In this document: in pieces, positions 14,240 to 29,891 of the stretch
How positions within the stretch are numbered: position 1 is the first letter of the stretch
Layout of the letters: every line of letters starts with the position of its first letter
NCBI GenBank assembly: GCA_048128005.1
Contig: JBEUKZ010000115.1
Location: 186,001-250,000 of the forward strand
Reading direction: 5' to 3'
Origin: Veleropilina oligotropha
Taxonomy: Eukaryota
Length of the DNA stretch: 64,000 bases
Notes under the pieces: generated by a model
What the model was told of the DNA's origin: nothing
What the model saw: only the letters and a program-made list of their open reading frames with translations
Databases searched by the model: none
Made by a program: the position numbers and the translations under genes

Positions 14240-14739
14240 TATAGAGGATATCGAACGAGTGTCCATTCCATATGATAATTATGAAACGAGTCGGGCACAA
14301 TTTATGTAAATTTGTTGACGAGTTTCATAATTCTCATATGAAATGGACACAAGCTTCATATCTTCTTTATCACATGACTTTATTTACCTTTAAATTTATT
14401 TTATTGCTTTTTTAAACACATTTCTTTACGTTTTAAAACCAATTTCTGTCACTACTTTCAGCCATATATTGCCATTGCCTCAGACGCACCTCGCCTCGAA
14501 AGCACACGCCACGCCAGTACGCCAATAAAAAATAGTTCAACGTCAGTAATCGACGAGTCAATGCGCATGAATTATTCAATATGTTAATGAGGGTGATGCG
14601 CCGCCTAATCAACTTGGCGCCAGATGCGATGATCGGCCGTCATGCTCGCCCTCATTTGCATACTTATGAGACGTGTCTTTTTGTATCTAAATTTATGGAA
14701 CGGCTTCTACCGTTCCATAACAGCTTTGTCATGTGATAA
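14240..14739. mobile_element. Hairpin-ended non-autonomous element (Crypton-like)
   Basis: Imperfect hairpin at about 14241-14370. A 12-bp inverted repeat pairs TTATCACATGAC (14367-14378) with GTCATGTGATAA (14728-14739). A degenerate arm copy lies at about 14673-14702. Confidence 0.6.
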
Positions 14740-15351
14740 GGCGTAATTAATATGACATTCTATAACTGCTTCGTCCTGTTAGGCGCCGCTCGTTTTCGAC
14801 ATTTCGTTTTCGACACTTATTCCGCACAACAGCGATTGTCGTCACATATAATAGGCTACATTGACAAAATCCATTAAGATCTGCAACATAAATATATCGC
14901 AGGAACCGCTATGTAAGGTGTTTGGCAAGACGTGGTTGAATCCGGATGACAAGGATAAAGATCCGCTTGTCGGGTGAAAGACGGGATCCCGTGCGCGTCA
15001 CAGACGGACGTACTCTGGTCTGAAGGCCCCGATATCAGATGCTGTACACACATCCCGATGCAGAGAAGTCCGTCTTTCGGTCCCCATTGGTGGAGGGTCG
15101 GTTATGATCTGAAGTTGCATGTAACACAACGAGTGTAAGTTGGACAGGGGAGTATGATGGGTGACAGTTACAAACATGAATTAAATCATGGATTCGATCG
15201 TTGTGGAGCATTTTTACAACCACCAACTAGCTGCCTGACCGGTGTACATAGACAACAAGGCAATCACAGATCGCAAACCTGCGCCTCGGTGGAAAGGAAT
15301 GGTGAAAGCTAGAAATATCTGCGCATACTAGATAAAGAACAATTGAGCCTA

Positions 15352-16863
<1,512 letters not shown>

Positions 16864-18325
16864 TAGTCTCTGCAACGAACGACTTAGGTTGGAGAAAAAT
16901 GTTATCAAAGCAATTTTTCTGGAATAGGTTCGTTGATGGTATAATATAACAGGAAAAAAAACCACCGGAATCCATCCATGGCAAACCCGGAAATTCACTC
17001 AATTTCAAGATGGCCGCCATTAAAATGCGGAAAATATCCAAGTGTGTATAAAATCGGAATTAAATTACACAGAAACAAATTTAAACTATCATTTCAAACT
17101 AACTGCAGCATGGTCTGTCATTTGATGACACTTTAGTGGTCGTTAAAAGCCAATAATTGGCATTAAGGTCAATATCTAGGTCAAAAGTGATGGAAAACAT
17201 TGGAAATATGACCATTTTCATATGTTCGTAAACTATTTGAAAGGTTTAACAACTGTTGTATCAGTGAATTAGTCATCATTATCAACATCAATGTCATCCT
17301 CATTGTCGACAGGCGCTCCGTTGGAACAAGTGATGCATTTACACTGGCTGCATGCAGGTGTGCACTGCAGACCATTTTTGCGACATGTACACTTTTTCTT
17401 CTCACAGTTGGCACTGCAATTGCATCTGATGATTTTCAGAAGCTGCCCTGGCGCTGCTGACTGGGACATCTTTATAGGCACAAAACCATTCACTGATACT
17501 GCCCATCCTCATTCTTCAGAGGCGAGTGTGTTCTCACACCATTCGTGAACCTGATGATAGGTGCGATAGCTTTGAAATTTGGCTGCATCCTGTGTTGGTG
17601 GTAGGTTCTCAGGAGCTACAAATCCAGCAGCGGTGGCAACCTTCCGCTGGAACTTTGCAACCCGTGCTGCGCTGAGGTTTGGTGATGTTGTGCAGCCGTA
17701 TATCACCAGCAAGGCCTCTTCATCTGCTTTGTTGATAGCATCCTTAGTTGCAGCTGGAAGCATGAATGTAAATGCACACTGTGCGAGTGCTTCGTACTTT
17801 TTTAACACAGTCATTTTTCCAATTCCGTGGGGTCGCGATGTTGTATCACATCCACTGATGGCATGGAGGAACAGAAGCGCCTTTGCTAGAGTAGGATCTA
17901 GTGTCTTCTTTAGTGATGTCAGTGATGCATATGGTTTGTTTAGCTGTGACCATGTACATGTTCTTACTGTGATCTGTGACATTTGCATGGTGTGTAAGCA
18001 GCTGAAATACATCAGAGTCTTCTGCCACAACAGCGGTTGGCTTTCTACTTGCTGAACTACATGCCAACATGCATATTTTGTAATCAGCATCTCCTACTGC
18101 ATGCTCCACGATGATGTCAGCATTGACCATCTCCACAGCAAGGACATTGATGAGTGACTGTTTGTTTGATTCATTCACTAGGAAAGCCCTCATGGTCATT
18201 GTCAGACGCATGTCCAAAGACACTGATACTGAGGCACCAACGTCAGTCCCTGTCCTACGACGATGTGCTTCATCCTTGGTTGTTGCACCGTGATAACCAT
18301 CAAATACAACCATTGCTTTTCCATA

Positions 18326-21300
18326 TATTAAAGAAAATATCAAATTCAAAGTTAGGAATGATCTAGGTATCTTTCAGGACAAAACTTATGAGTCACTATT
18401 TATAGAAATAAAACAAGATAATGCTAAAAACATAATAATAGGTGTTCTATATAGACCACCAGGACAAAACATCGAGGTATTTCAAAGTCACCTAACATTA
18501 ACATTGCAAAAAATTAATAAAGAAAAAAAGGCATGCTATTTAACAGGTGATTTTAATCTAGATTTAATGAACTGTGATACCCACAAAGGTACTGGTGACT
18601 TTTTTAATTTAATGATATCATTTTCCTTATATCCACTCATAACCCGACCCACTCGTATCACAGAAACTTCAGCTACACTTCTAGACAATATTTTTACTAA
18701 TGATCTAGTCCATAAAATTACCCCAGGGATACTATTTACTGATATTTCTGACCATCTTCCAGTGTTTCAAATTACCAAAACATCGATAATGAATGTCATT
18801 CCAAAAGTAAAATTCACACGATAAATTAAAAAGCAAAATCTTGAAAATTTCAAAAATGATCTGGCAAATACTGATTGGAATGATATACAGCAAATAGAAA
18901 ATCCCGACGAAGCATACAACTCATTTGCCAGCATCTATCACGAATTGTACATAAAACATTTTCCATTGAAAAAAGTAAATCTTAAACATCATCAAACAAA
19001 GCCATGGCTCACACCAGCATTAATTAAATCTTGCAAACGAAAAAATGAATTGTATAAAACATACCTTCGCCATCCAACTCCCGAGCGAAATACTCAATAT
19101 AAAAGATATAAAAACAAATTAAAGCATTTATTACAAATAACTGAAAAACAACATTATGCACACAACCTTGAAAAAGCTAAAAACAATATGAAAAACACTT
19201 GGAAAATTATTAAAGGCGTGATAAACAAAAGAAGTAATAAACATATAAACTTACCTGAAACATTCAAACATAATAATTCAGATATAACAGGTGATGAAAA
19301 TATCGCAAATGGATTCAATAAGTATTTTGTACATATTGGTCCAGAATTAGCAAAACAGATCCCACCAGTTTCAACGAAACACCATCAATATCTAGAAGGA
19401 AATTATCCCAACTCTATCTATCTTACTCCTGTTGATAATCTAGAGATACACACGATTATATCCAGCTTACAAAATGGAAAAAGCGCTGGGTCGGATGGAA
19501 TTTCGTCAAAAGTTATAAAAGAAACTGCAAATACAATTATTTTACCACTGGTCTCAATTATCAATAAATCATTTTCTACAGGCATATTTCCAGACAAATT
19601 GAAAATAGCGAAAGTTATTCCAATTTATAAGAACAATGATAAGCAAATATTTTCTAACTACCGACCTATTTCGCTTCTTCCATGCTTCTCGAAAATCTTT
19701 GAAAAAGCTATATACAGTCGTTTACTACATTTTCTCAGCGGTAATAATATTTTATACAACAAACAATATGGCTTTAGAAAGAAGCACTCGACCTACATGG
19801 CACTAATTGATTTTATAGATAACTTATCAGAATCACTTGATAACAACACGTATACCATTGGGGTGTATATTGATTTATCAAAAGCTTTTGATACAATCAA
19901 TCACAATATATTGCTACAAAAACTTAACCATTATGGTATAAGAGGAATACCGTTACTGTTGATACAAAATTACTTATCAAACAGAAAGCAATTTGTCTCT
20001 ATAAATACCTCAGAATCTAATATGGAAAACATCAAATGCGGTGTCCCACAAGGTTCCATATTGGGTCCGCTTCTTTTTATTATATATATAAACGACTTAG
20101 CAAATTCTTCAAAATTACTCAACTTCATTCTCTTTGCAGACGATACTAATATATCCTTTGCGCACAAAAATTTACAAACAATGATACAAAAACTAAACGA
20201 AGAATTAAAGTCCGTTTCTCAATGGTTCAAAACAAATAAGCTATCTTTAAATGTATCCAAAACAAGTTATATGTTATTCTCAAACAAAAATAGACTAGCA
20301 GCAGACTTACATTTAAATGACATAAAAATTGAAGAACTTGTTATAAAAAGGGTGCATCATGCCAAATTTTTAGGGATAACCATTGACGACAAATTAAACT
20401 GGCATGAACATATCAAACATATCGAAAATAAGACGGCCAAAAGCATTGGAGTGCTGTATAAGTTAAAAAGGTACTTGCCATCTTACACCTTATCATCATT
20501 ATACAATAGTCTGATTTTGCCATATTTTGACTATTGTAATATTATTTGGGCGAGCACTTTTCCAACTGCTTTACGAAAATTAAATGTATTACAAAAACGT
20601 GCAATACGTATTATTTCATTAGCTGGATATTGTGAACATTGTTTGCCATTATTCTATAATAAAAAGCAATTAACCGTACATGACATCAACGACTATCAAA
20701 TAGCTATATTTATGTTTAAACACCACCGCAATATGTTACCTTGCCAATTTCGTAATTACTTTACATGTAATGCGAAAATCCATTCTCATAATACACGTCA
20801 AAAAAATAATTATCACATCATCAAGTGTACCAAAAATATTAGATTATTTTCTATCAAGTCCAAAGGGCCTCGATAAAAGTTTGCAAGTCAATCCATTGTT
20901 TTAAAAGACAATATAAAATACATCTTATGAGAAATTATAACAATTAAAGAAATTCTGTAGTGGAGCTAAAAAAAAATAAAAAATAAAAAAAAATTAATTG
21001 ATTTGTGTATGCGAAACTGTATATATATGTTTATGCATATCCGTATATATACAACCATTATATTATTTATGCTAATAATTTCTATAGAAATGTCTATGCA
21101 TTACTGTGTATTATAGTGAATGTGTGTATGCTATTGTATGCCACTTCATCCGCATATTATATGCCAATACATCATGTTACAATATACTCTTACCTAGCCA
21201 TATTTAGATATAGATATCTTTATCTATATCACTAAATATCAAACAATAATTTGAATACATTTTTCATTTAACTATAGTCTGGTTGTCTCAAAACAAGCCT

Positions 21301-21426
21301 GAAAAGGTTTCCCGAGGCATCCATCCACAACTTCTGAATGATGTTTGTACACCTTTAAAAAAATATAATCATTGTATATTTATATATGTAATTCATTAGT
21401 TATGGTAAATAAATTCTATTCTATTC
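18326..21426 (+). mobile_element. CR1-group LINE, 5'-truncated, near-intact ORF2 (APE endonuclease plus RT), inserted in the Academ ORF
   Basis: GDFN, LLDNIF and SDHLP, then one in-frame TAA (18822-18824), then a 643-aa RT ORF in the same frame with DLSKAFDT, GVPQGSILGP and FADD. The 3' tail is AATAAATTCTATTCTATTC. Confidence 0.95.
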
Positions 21427-24400
21427 AAAAATAGGCATTGCGGATATAACGGATGTACATCATACATATCTCGGCATAACTGGAGTGCTTCGGCCATGAA
21501 AATTTGTGAAGCAAACCTCCCCCGTCAACAACGAACTGCAGGTCCGTGTCGGTTATAGCAGAGACGATGCACATGGTGGATTAGCTCCGCCTTGTCTCCG
21601 GTTCTCATGAGCACATGGCTATCGAATAGTGCAGTAGGGATGGAACATAGTACATATTTGAGAAGATCCGGAAGAGGTATGTCACCAATACCAGTGACTA
21701 GCAAGCGCCGATACAAACGCTTTGGGTCCATTTCGATTCGTTCACCAGAAGCTGACTTGACATGTAGAGTTGATGCCAAAGTCTTCACTTGACTCTTTTG
21801 GGCGAACTTGTATTCTGCCACAGAATGGCCGACCATCGAAGTCAGTATTTTTTCTCCGACCTGCTTGGCCTCATCTGCGTTGACTGAATCATCCGCAATT
21901 AACCCTGTGGACAGCCTCACAAGTTTGCTGGATGTTCTCCTGAAAGGTTCACGCTCAATCAGCACCTGAAGTATCTTCTGAGTATCAGACATGTCACGTT
22001 TGATGCGTGAAGCCGACAAGTCACGATGTCCATCTCCTGTGCTTTGGGAGGATCCAGCTATCTCGAATATTGACTGAGTGATCTCACCACATATAGATCT
22101 GGAGAGCAGGAACAGTAGACGAGTACTTGCATCGAAGCCACGACCATGCGTTAAACCACCAGTTTTCTTTATCCCAGCCATCAGAGCTTGCTATATGAAG
22201 AGATCTGTGAAAATGCCTGACCATACACCATCTGTTCTCCTGACAGGGAAGAGACCATTCATGAAAGCAGCATGTATCTCGGGGTGAGAGTGCTCTAGGT
22301 CAAGCATCTTCGGAATGAAGAGGACAAGGGATTTGGTGTAGTTATTATGTCCAGCAGCTGCACCTCGGTTTATTATTTGCAATTCCCGTTATTTCCTTTT
22401 TTTAGTTGACCCAACCACATTTCAGGAATTGAAATAAATCTTTCTGGACGTAATTAATTCAAAACAAATTAAATAAAAGTATGTTATTCATCCCCTCTCC
22501 AATTTGTGTCTTTTCGTTGCGTCACTACAAATATGCTGCAACAAATATTTGCACTAGTGTGACCCCTTCTTGTTAGCATCACGGTGATAATTTGCTTCTA
22601 AAGTATGTATGCATGTCGTAAAAGAAAATGCATCATTTATTTTATTGATTTAAATTGGTGTTGATATATATGCAGCTGTGTCTTCGTCAAAATATTACGT
22701 CACTAGATTGTGCTCTGTTAATGAAAAAAATCAACGAATTTCATTTGTAAAAAAACAGCGTTTTGGGCCACATGATTTTTCGACACTGATTAAGACACTG
22801 GTCCATTTTCTGGAACTGCCATGCAACGACATTAGTGGGAATGGAAGTTGGCAAGTAGCGTCACCGATTAAAATATCATGTTATATCTTAAGATAAAGTG
22901 TAAACAGTCTTACAAATATGTCATTGTGACGCTTTCATTTGCATAGAAGGTCGATATCGTATATGTGTGGTAAAACTAGACTTCAAATGCTTGCATTTAT
23001 CAATTTTCCATAATTCTACTTTAGCAATAGCACGTGGAATTTTGCCTGGAAAGACACCAAACATGTTATTTTTGTGTCCAGCATTACATCATTAGACTGA
23101 ATTCGTCTTTTTAAGTAGACTTGTATGGTTTGATGTGATCTAAGTGCATTATTCGACCCATATTCACGAGTGGATCAGATCGTGATCAATTGCAAGCTGT
23201 GGAACTTCAGACAAATGGCATATAGGTTAAAAGTTAATGAAGATGCAACATTGGGCACGAATATAACTCTTCGTTGTTGGCGTCCTTGTTACATCATGAT
23301 CGAAAATAACAATATCTTTCTGTTTGGCATAAGGAGACACTAACAATGAAACAAAAAATACAATGTAAGGAAACTGTAATCAATTTGATTCAATGCAAAC
23401 GAAGGATAATTGTTTATTTTTTTGCTTGGTGAGGGGTGTAACAACGACCCCAATTTCCAATATTGTCAGTGTCATTGTTACATCTTTTCCAATATTTTAG
23501 CTACATGTAGTTGAAAGGGACTTTAAATTTTTGTACCGTGTTCAAGAAAACTAAACCAAATAAGGTAAATATATTCTTGGTATTGTAAGGTTATTATTCA
23601 AGGTGTAAACCGATGTGGTTACAAATAATACTCAAGATGTAACCGAGACTCATATTCTGACCACTTTTTGTGTCTTTGTTAAATCTTGCTTAGAGGTCAT
23701 TCAAATTGTAGATTTGTGGTAGGCCTACACAATTATCAAATTTCTATGTATCTTCCATGTTTATGTGACTATTTAATAAACAAATCATTCATTTCTCCTA
23801 ATAAGTGGGCATATTTCAATACATGACAGTTTGGTCATGATGTAATGATTCGGATGTAACATGGACTGCATTTTCTATTATTAATATTTGTACTATCGTA
23901 AATATTCTTTGTAGATTGTTTCAACAGAACCATTAGAAGCTCGATACTTTAGGAAACACAAACAAACATCTTTGAGGTGGATGGCTGAAGATGTTGTATA
24001 TGATATATTTAGTTGGCAGGAGAAAATTTTAATCTTTTCAGATTAGGTGTCCAATTGACATATATTTCTAATATGCATGTGTTACTTTGTTTGTCACTGT
24101 ATACAGTCAGTACTTTCAATATAATTATACTAATTGAGCCCAGCAATTTATGGTATTGTTTAACTTTTCGTTGTATAATTTGAACGTTAGACATAAATAT
24201 TGACAGTATGTAGATGTGGGGTGAGAATGGCAAGGATAAATAATTCAAATTAACATTATCACTGTTTAAGGATACATGGGGTATAACGCCACCTGTATAT
24301 ATAACGCCCAGTTATTGAAGGCACTGGGCTGATTATTCCTTTAAAACCGAATAATTGTTGAAGTGTTCAACTTTGTTTTTCACAAAATTTGGCGAATAAA

Positions 24401-24584
24401 ATGTGTTTTTCTTACTTTTTATATATTGGGATTCTGAATGACTTGGTATACTACCACTATACTAACTTCACTGAACCCGCAGAAAGAGATGTAGTGAAAC
24501 AATTGAACTTCTGCTTTCAAAGAATCACACTTTGGTATCAAATATCCCGGTGTGACCAGTTTTTCATTTGTTCCATTTTTAAGG

Positions 24585-24790
24585 TGGCGAATTTTGGCTT
24601 AGTGGATATGACACTGATCTACCATCCAAGGTCCTGGGATCAATTCCCGCGTGTGCCAAGGATTATTCTCATGAATGCCATCTTCTTTTCACACAGTGTC
24701 CGTCTGACCTGAAAGAAACGTTAAACCGAGGATCCCGACTGTAAAAGTGACACATACGCACACGAGGTCCAGACACTGCCACACATAAGC
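24585..24790 (+). mobile_element. Degenerate tRNA-derived SINE with a Deu/Nin-like core
   Basis: A-box-like GGCTTAGTGG, B-box-like GGGATCAATTCCC, and GAAACGTTAAACCGAGGATCCCG, which resembles the Deu/Nin core (from memory). Confidence 0.5.
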
Positions 24791-25168
24791 CAACTCAGTA
24801 TTCTCTATATAATTGTTTATTAAGATAAGCATGACATAATGAATTACATTATACGCTAACAACTCTATTACATGTTCAAAATGACAATGAACTGCTTCGG
24901 TGGGTGAGTGGGTGGTGTGTCAGGTACTGAACAAGCCAGTCTGGCCAGGGTTCAAGGCCAGGCAATGGCTTATTCTACCGCTTAAGTTAATAGATGGCAT
25001 ATCCCTAATGCAAGTCGTTCATATCGGAGTAAGACCCTAAACTGGTTGTCCCGATTGAATTTCTAATGAAAACTCGTCACAGTGGTCGTAGAACAAAATT
25101 GCTAACTAATGGAAGAACCCTGGATTGAACATTATATAACTCGGGAATATATCGAGTTTTGGAGTTAA

Positions 25169-25417
25169 AAAGGAAAGGATCGATGCTTAATGTCTTGAAA
25201 ATTTCCAACCATCATTTCGTTCAAAGCAGGACACGTCCGTATTATCGCGGGAGGTAAACCCGCCCTCTCCGACCAGTTACGGACAACTGTGATTCATAAT
25301 TTGAACAAAAGTGTGCTGCCCCTGTCGGGGTTTGAATCCACTACTGTTTGCGTCAGCGGAATCAAGTCAGTGATTTTCGGAGTCAACAACCGATACAACT
25401 GTACTGTCGAAGAAGCC
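25169..25417 (-). mobile_element. tRNA-derived SINE (same family as 45546-45808)
   Basis: Matches the family body. TTGGAGTTA occurs on both flanks. Confidence 0.85.
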
Positions 25418-28400
25418 ATTCTTGGAGTTAGAATACCAGCATCAGTCAATACATGGAGCAGGTCTTGCAAGCCGGTCTCCTGATTCCAGCTTGGTTTATT
25501 GGCTTGGGTTCGGAAGGAGATAAAATACTGTTTGAACTTCATCTGGAAGGTTCATCTATAACTTATGGGCATTGAGATGCATATACAAAGAAATACTCGT
25601 TCTATATCTGACCTTCTCCAGTATCCACAGTATGCTATAGTGTGTTCACATTGAGAGAAATCTATATAGCACATCTATATGGCCAGAACAACAACTAGAA
25701 GATCACTGAAGGGAGATTGCGAAACTATTTTTAAATAAGGTAATGCAGATTGCGTTCCGATTTGGTCACATCCTTCAACGTATAACCTTGTTTGGCAACA
25801 TTGTTACAAGGTCTGGTGATGTGACATGGACACTATTTTTTTCAAGCTATCAATTCTCTTTCAAAATTAAGGTAAACATATGTAAGATTGTTTATAAAAA
25901 TTTAAGGTTTATTATATATTACATTAATGATGTTTTTTCGTATCTATTACTTTTTCTTGTAACAATTCAAGTCTATGAAAGGTGACATATGTGTCCAAGT
26001 TACATCTCAAGATAATTAAGGAACTTTATTTTATGTTTGTTTAATCAATATGTTTGAATGTACCAGCATTAGTTCCATTTGAAGATAATATTGATATAAA
26101 TTATATATCGAGTCGATTGGTGATGTACACATTGATTTATTACACAATTGAATAATGTTTGATGTCCATGTTACATCACTTTTGGAAGTACATTATTTCA
26201 AAAATGTACTAAGTTGGAGAATGTTGACGACCCTCACTTTAATGCAGTATATGCAGGATTCATCAATATATGATATGTGTTAAGATCTTGTGCCAGCACG
26301 AAATTTGTATTTTTCAAAATTCGTCCAAATTGTGATCTGATGATGTAACGCGATTTTCATGACAGTAAATTATGCACCATATACAGCCCAGCTTCCTACA
26401 TGTCATGAGCGAATCAAGGACCTCAATATTTCAACCATTCTCTGATACTGTATCCACAGCTTGGCAGTTCCATAGTTTCTCATCGACACACGCCAATTAT
26501 CAATCGCAACTTGTATGTCGTTGAGAGTGCTGCTGTCGAGTGCTTCATCAAGGGTCAAATCGCCATCCCGACCAGCTGTCGTTAGATCAGATAAACCCGA
26601 CAGTAGGTCTTCACCTGAATAAAGAAGGAGTTTGAAATACATTCTGGAAATATTTCGGTAAATGCTGGTGTCACACTATCAGTGTTTAGTATCATCAAGT
26701 ACACACGTAAGTTAATCCTATATAACCTTACTGATATATAGCTTACTAGGTGTTTGAGGATGGGTCACAGGCAGCTCAGTGGAACTCAATCGTGGTTGAT
26801 CAATGGATGCGCGTGTGGTCTCCAGTAGATGCGTGGTCGACGACGAAGGTCTTGGTGGATCAGAGGTCATCTGGGATGTCGGTAGTGCTGACATTGACAG
26901 TGATGTTATCAATTTGGAGGTGTAAAGAGGATCTGAGGTTGAGTACAATGCAATTGTGTCATCAGTGGTTGCAAGTGCTATCTGGGGTGAATCCGTCGTT
27001 GATGATTTCAAAGAAGAATCTGAATGAAACATATAATTTCATATTATACTTTTTGTACACAACATTTTGAGATTGAACTTGTATTGTGTGTTAATCATTG
27101 CATACATGTATAATTTAGTGGACTATAAAGTTGACTATGTGACAGACATATATATAGATTTTAAAAAGAAATAATTAACACCTGTCAGATCTGATATGGG
27201 GAGTTGGAGAGCTGTAGATGTAGATATGATATTAAGGGCTCTGTCGATGAGGAAATGGCCACGAACTGCTCTGGCGACTGCTTTACCGCTTAACATCTGG
27301 TCAACAGATCCTGCAGCGTAGACTTGCTCTAACATCTCCTTCAAGCCGAAACCAGCCATGATTGAGCCAATCGCTCCAAGTAGGCTCATCTCTGTGTGAA
27401 ACCCACTCAGGAGTAGTATTATGTTTCGAAGACGACTTTCCGAAGGTTGATCTTCGATGACCATGAGTGCAATCCAGAAAAGTTGCTGGTCGAATGTGAT
27501 GATTGGTGTGACACCTTGCTTTTCAGTTATATTGCATAGGTATTCGAGAGTTGTGTGGACACAAGTTGGGATACTAGGTGTAAGATCGATCATTGGAAGG
27601 AACAGTTGAATGCTTCTTCCTGGGTTAGGAAATCCACTGGGTATTGATTGCATGTATCCGGACTATAAAGGCTGAGGCTGCGACACATGCATTGATATTT
27701 GCGACATCAAGTCCAGTCTGGCGTTCTGCATGTCCGGACTATAAGACTGTATATTGGTGTACTTCACTTTCGAAAGGACTGCCTTTGGGTTTTTCTGGAA
27801 TATGATTGTATGCTGTCCAATGTTCCGGATATCCTCAAGTGTGACCTTCGATCTTGGGATTATCTTCTTGGTATGTCGGGCTGGTGTGACAGCACCCATC
27901 TGCCCCATCATATGGATGACATCCTCACCATCTAGTGTCTTCGCATTGTGGTCAATATTGTCAGCAATCAAATGCAGGAATGCGTCTGTGGTAGGTTCAC
28001 CGACGTCAACTCCTTGAGTTACAGCTGCATTCCTCTTGTACATGGCAGACTCTGAAAATGATGAGCAGAAACCGAATTTGAAGAGTAGGTCGATCAGGTC
28101 TCGATGACCATACTTGTGATCTAGTGTGACACATATCCACTTAAAGGGAAGAAAGGAAAGCTCGTGGACAGGTAGCGCTCATGATTGACTGGCCGATGGA
28201 TGCACATCGTAGCTTTGCAGATTTGCTTTTAATGATTGTCTCCAGGAGCAGTCTGAGAGGTATGATGTCAAGATTGTGTTCAATTGATTTCGTGTCTGCT
28301 GCATCTGGATATACATCTTTGTGTTTCTCTGCAGCCTTGATCTCATTCCGTATGAAGTTACCAACTACTTTTATTAGCGCATCAATGTCCTCAGAATCGG

Positions 28401-29891
28401 GTGTCAGTTTTGAGTGGGCATCCTGTATCAACTGTTCCACATTCGAGGTAAGTGTGACAATGAGTGAGTGCTTCTTTGATGAGGTGATTGAAACTCGATT
28501 GCCATAGAGCACGTACAGCTGCCGTTGAAGCGATTTCTTGGAGTATACTTCTCCCTGGATGGCCTCACTTTCCATGATTTCATGAAGTTCGTCCAAAGTG
28601 ATAGTCTCGTCGTCATTGTTTTCAAGGTATTAAATGACACGCAAGAATGCTGACTTCTTGACGCAATCGACTGTACCACTGGGGCATCCTCGTTTCTTTG
28701 GTGGTGCTCCATCTTTAAGGATCGGTAGTGCAGCCAAATTAAAATTACGAGGTGACATGAAGTATTGATAACACTTGCGGTGATATAACGCGTCTTCTGC
28801 TGGAAGATCGTTACTGCATGCGAGCCGATGTGAGACAACATCAGCCCAGTCATCTTTTTGTCTTTCACGTCTTTCTACGCATCTTTTCTAGATTGTATCT
28901 ATTACGCGCAGCAACATGACATGACCGAAATCACATTATAAGCAGTTCTGATACTGCTTGGCCTTTTCCTGATCAACATATCTTCCACAGAGGTAACAGT
29001 CAGTCAGGAAAGAGAAATGTTTGAATTCGGATCGAAGTTTCGGTGCGAAGCCAGATGCAAGATCATGTTTTCGTTTTGATAACTGTTCATATCGTCTGGT
29101 ATTTGAATGTTTTTTGCGACACTTCTCATGAACATACTGTTTGATGCTTTCATCGAACATATGGAGGGGAATTTGGTCTTCTGGGTTCAGTTCATTGTGC
29201 TTTAGAGTGAACTCATTGATTGAAGCGAGACGTTTGCGACCGACACATGCGTACCCTTTCTCTGTGAGGGATATTGTCTCTTCACACAATAGACAAGCGG
29301 TATATGTATTTGATGTTGCCATTGCATTCCTGAAACAAATAGGTACATTGTTAAAATAATCTAATTTGGAAGAAACACAATAGTGGATTGACTTTCATTA
29401 TCAATGAAAATAAGCCCAGTTAGCTAATTACGATATTGACCATTATCTTTAACAACTCTCGGTACCCAAATGGAATGAAATATGTCATGAAACAATTGAA
29501 CATCATAATCATGGTTGAACACCATTTCTCAAACATGCATAAAGGTGAATGGAGTGACTAAATATGTGAAAGTGGTCATATTTCAGTTATTTTTTAGCAT
29601 TGTTGACCTAGATATTGGCCTTAATGCCAAATATTGACTTCTAGCGACCTTGAAAGTGTCACCAAATGACAGGGCATGCTGAAATTAGTTGGAAACGATA
29701 GTTTTAATGTGTTTATATGTAATTTAGTTCCGATTTTATACCCAATTGGATATTTTTCGCATTTTTTAAATTTTATGGTGGCCATTTTGAAATTTAGTGA
29801 ATTTCCGGGTTTGCCATAGGTGGATTCGGGTGGGGTGTGTTTCTGTTATAATATACCATTAATGAACGTATTCCAGAAATATTGCTTTGAT

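Larger units (their letters stand above)
22365..26372. mobile_element. About 4-kb non-coding insertion in the Academ ORF with a dispersed GTCCWWGTTACATC motif
   Basis: The Academ reading frame breaks after GSWAVY (26380) and resumes at AAAGHNNY (22362). TGCACC flanks both junctions. Motif copies occur in both orientations. Confidence 0.55.
17269..29322 (-). pseudogene. Academ-type transposase/XPG-nuclease/CXC gene, disrupted, with spliceosomal introns
   Basis: ATG at 29322 (MATSNTYTACLLC) and stop at 17269, with many frameshifts and stops. Phase-1 GT-AG introns at 27181-27020 and 26746-26615 flank a 273-nt S/T/P-rich exon. Confidence 0.75.
16864..29891 (-). mobile_element. Academ-type (AcademX-like) DNA transposon, decayed, with long TIRs and nested insertions
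   Basis: The left end begins TAG at 16864. About 320 bp at 16904-17225 is inverted-matched by 29565-29891. Minus-strand ORF pieces form one protein: ADNIDHN..TLDG, ITFDQQLF, GFHTEMS..GAIG, AAAGHNNY, TGGLTHGRG, VVFDGY..TKD, DAD..EDSDV (PIN/XPG-like), HAISGCDTTS..GIGK (H3TH-like) and a C-terminal Cys8 CXC finger. Confidence 0.82.

Noticed and set aside
14860..15330. GC-richer, coding-looking stretch
   Set aside because: Stops in the frames examined, no recognisable motif and no consistent splice sites.
17269..17493. Host tesmin/LIN54-like CXC gene
   Set aside because: The Cys-rich segment is the C-terminus of the disrupted transposon protein and abuts the TIR.
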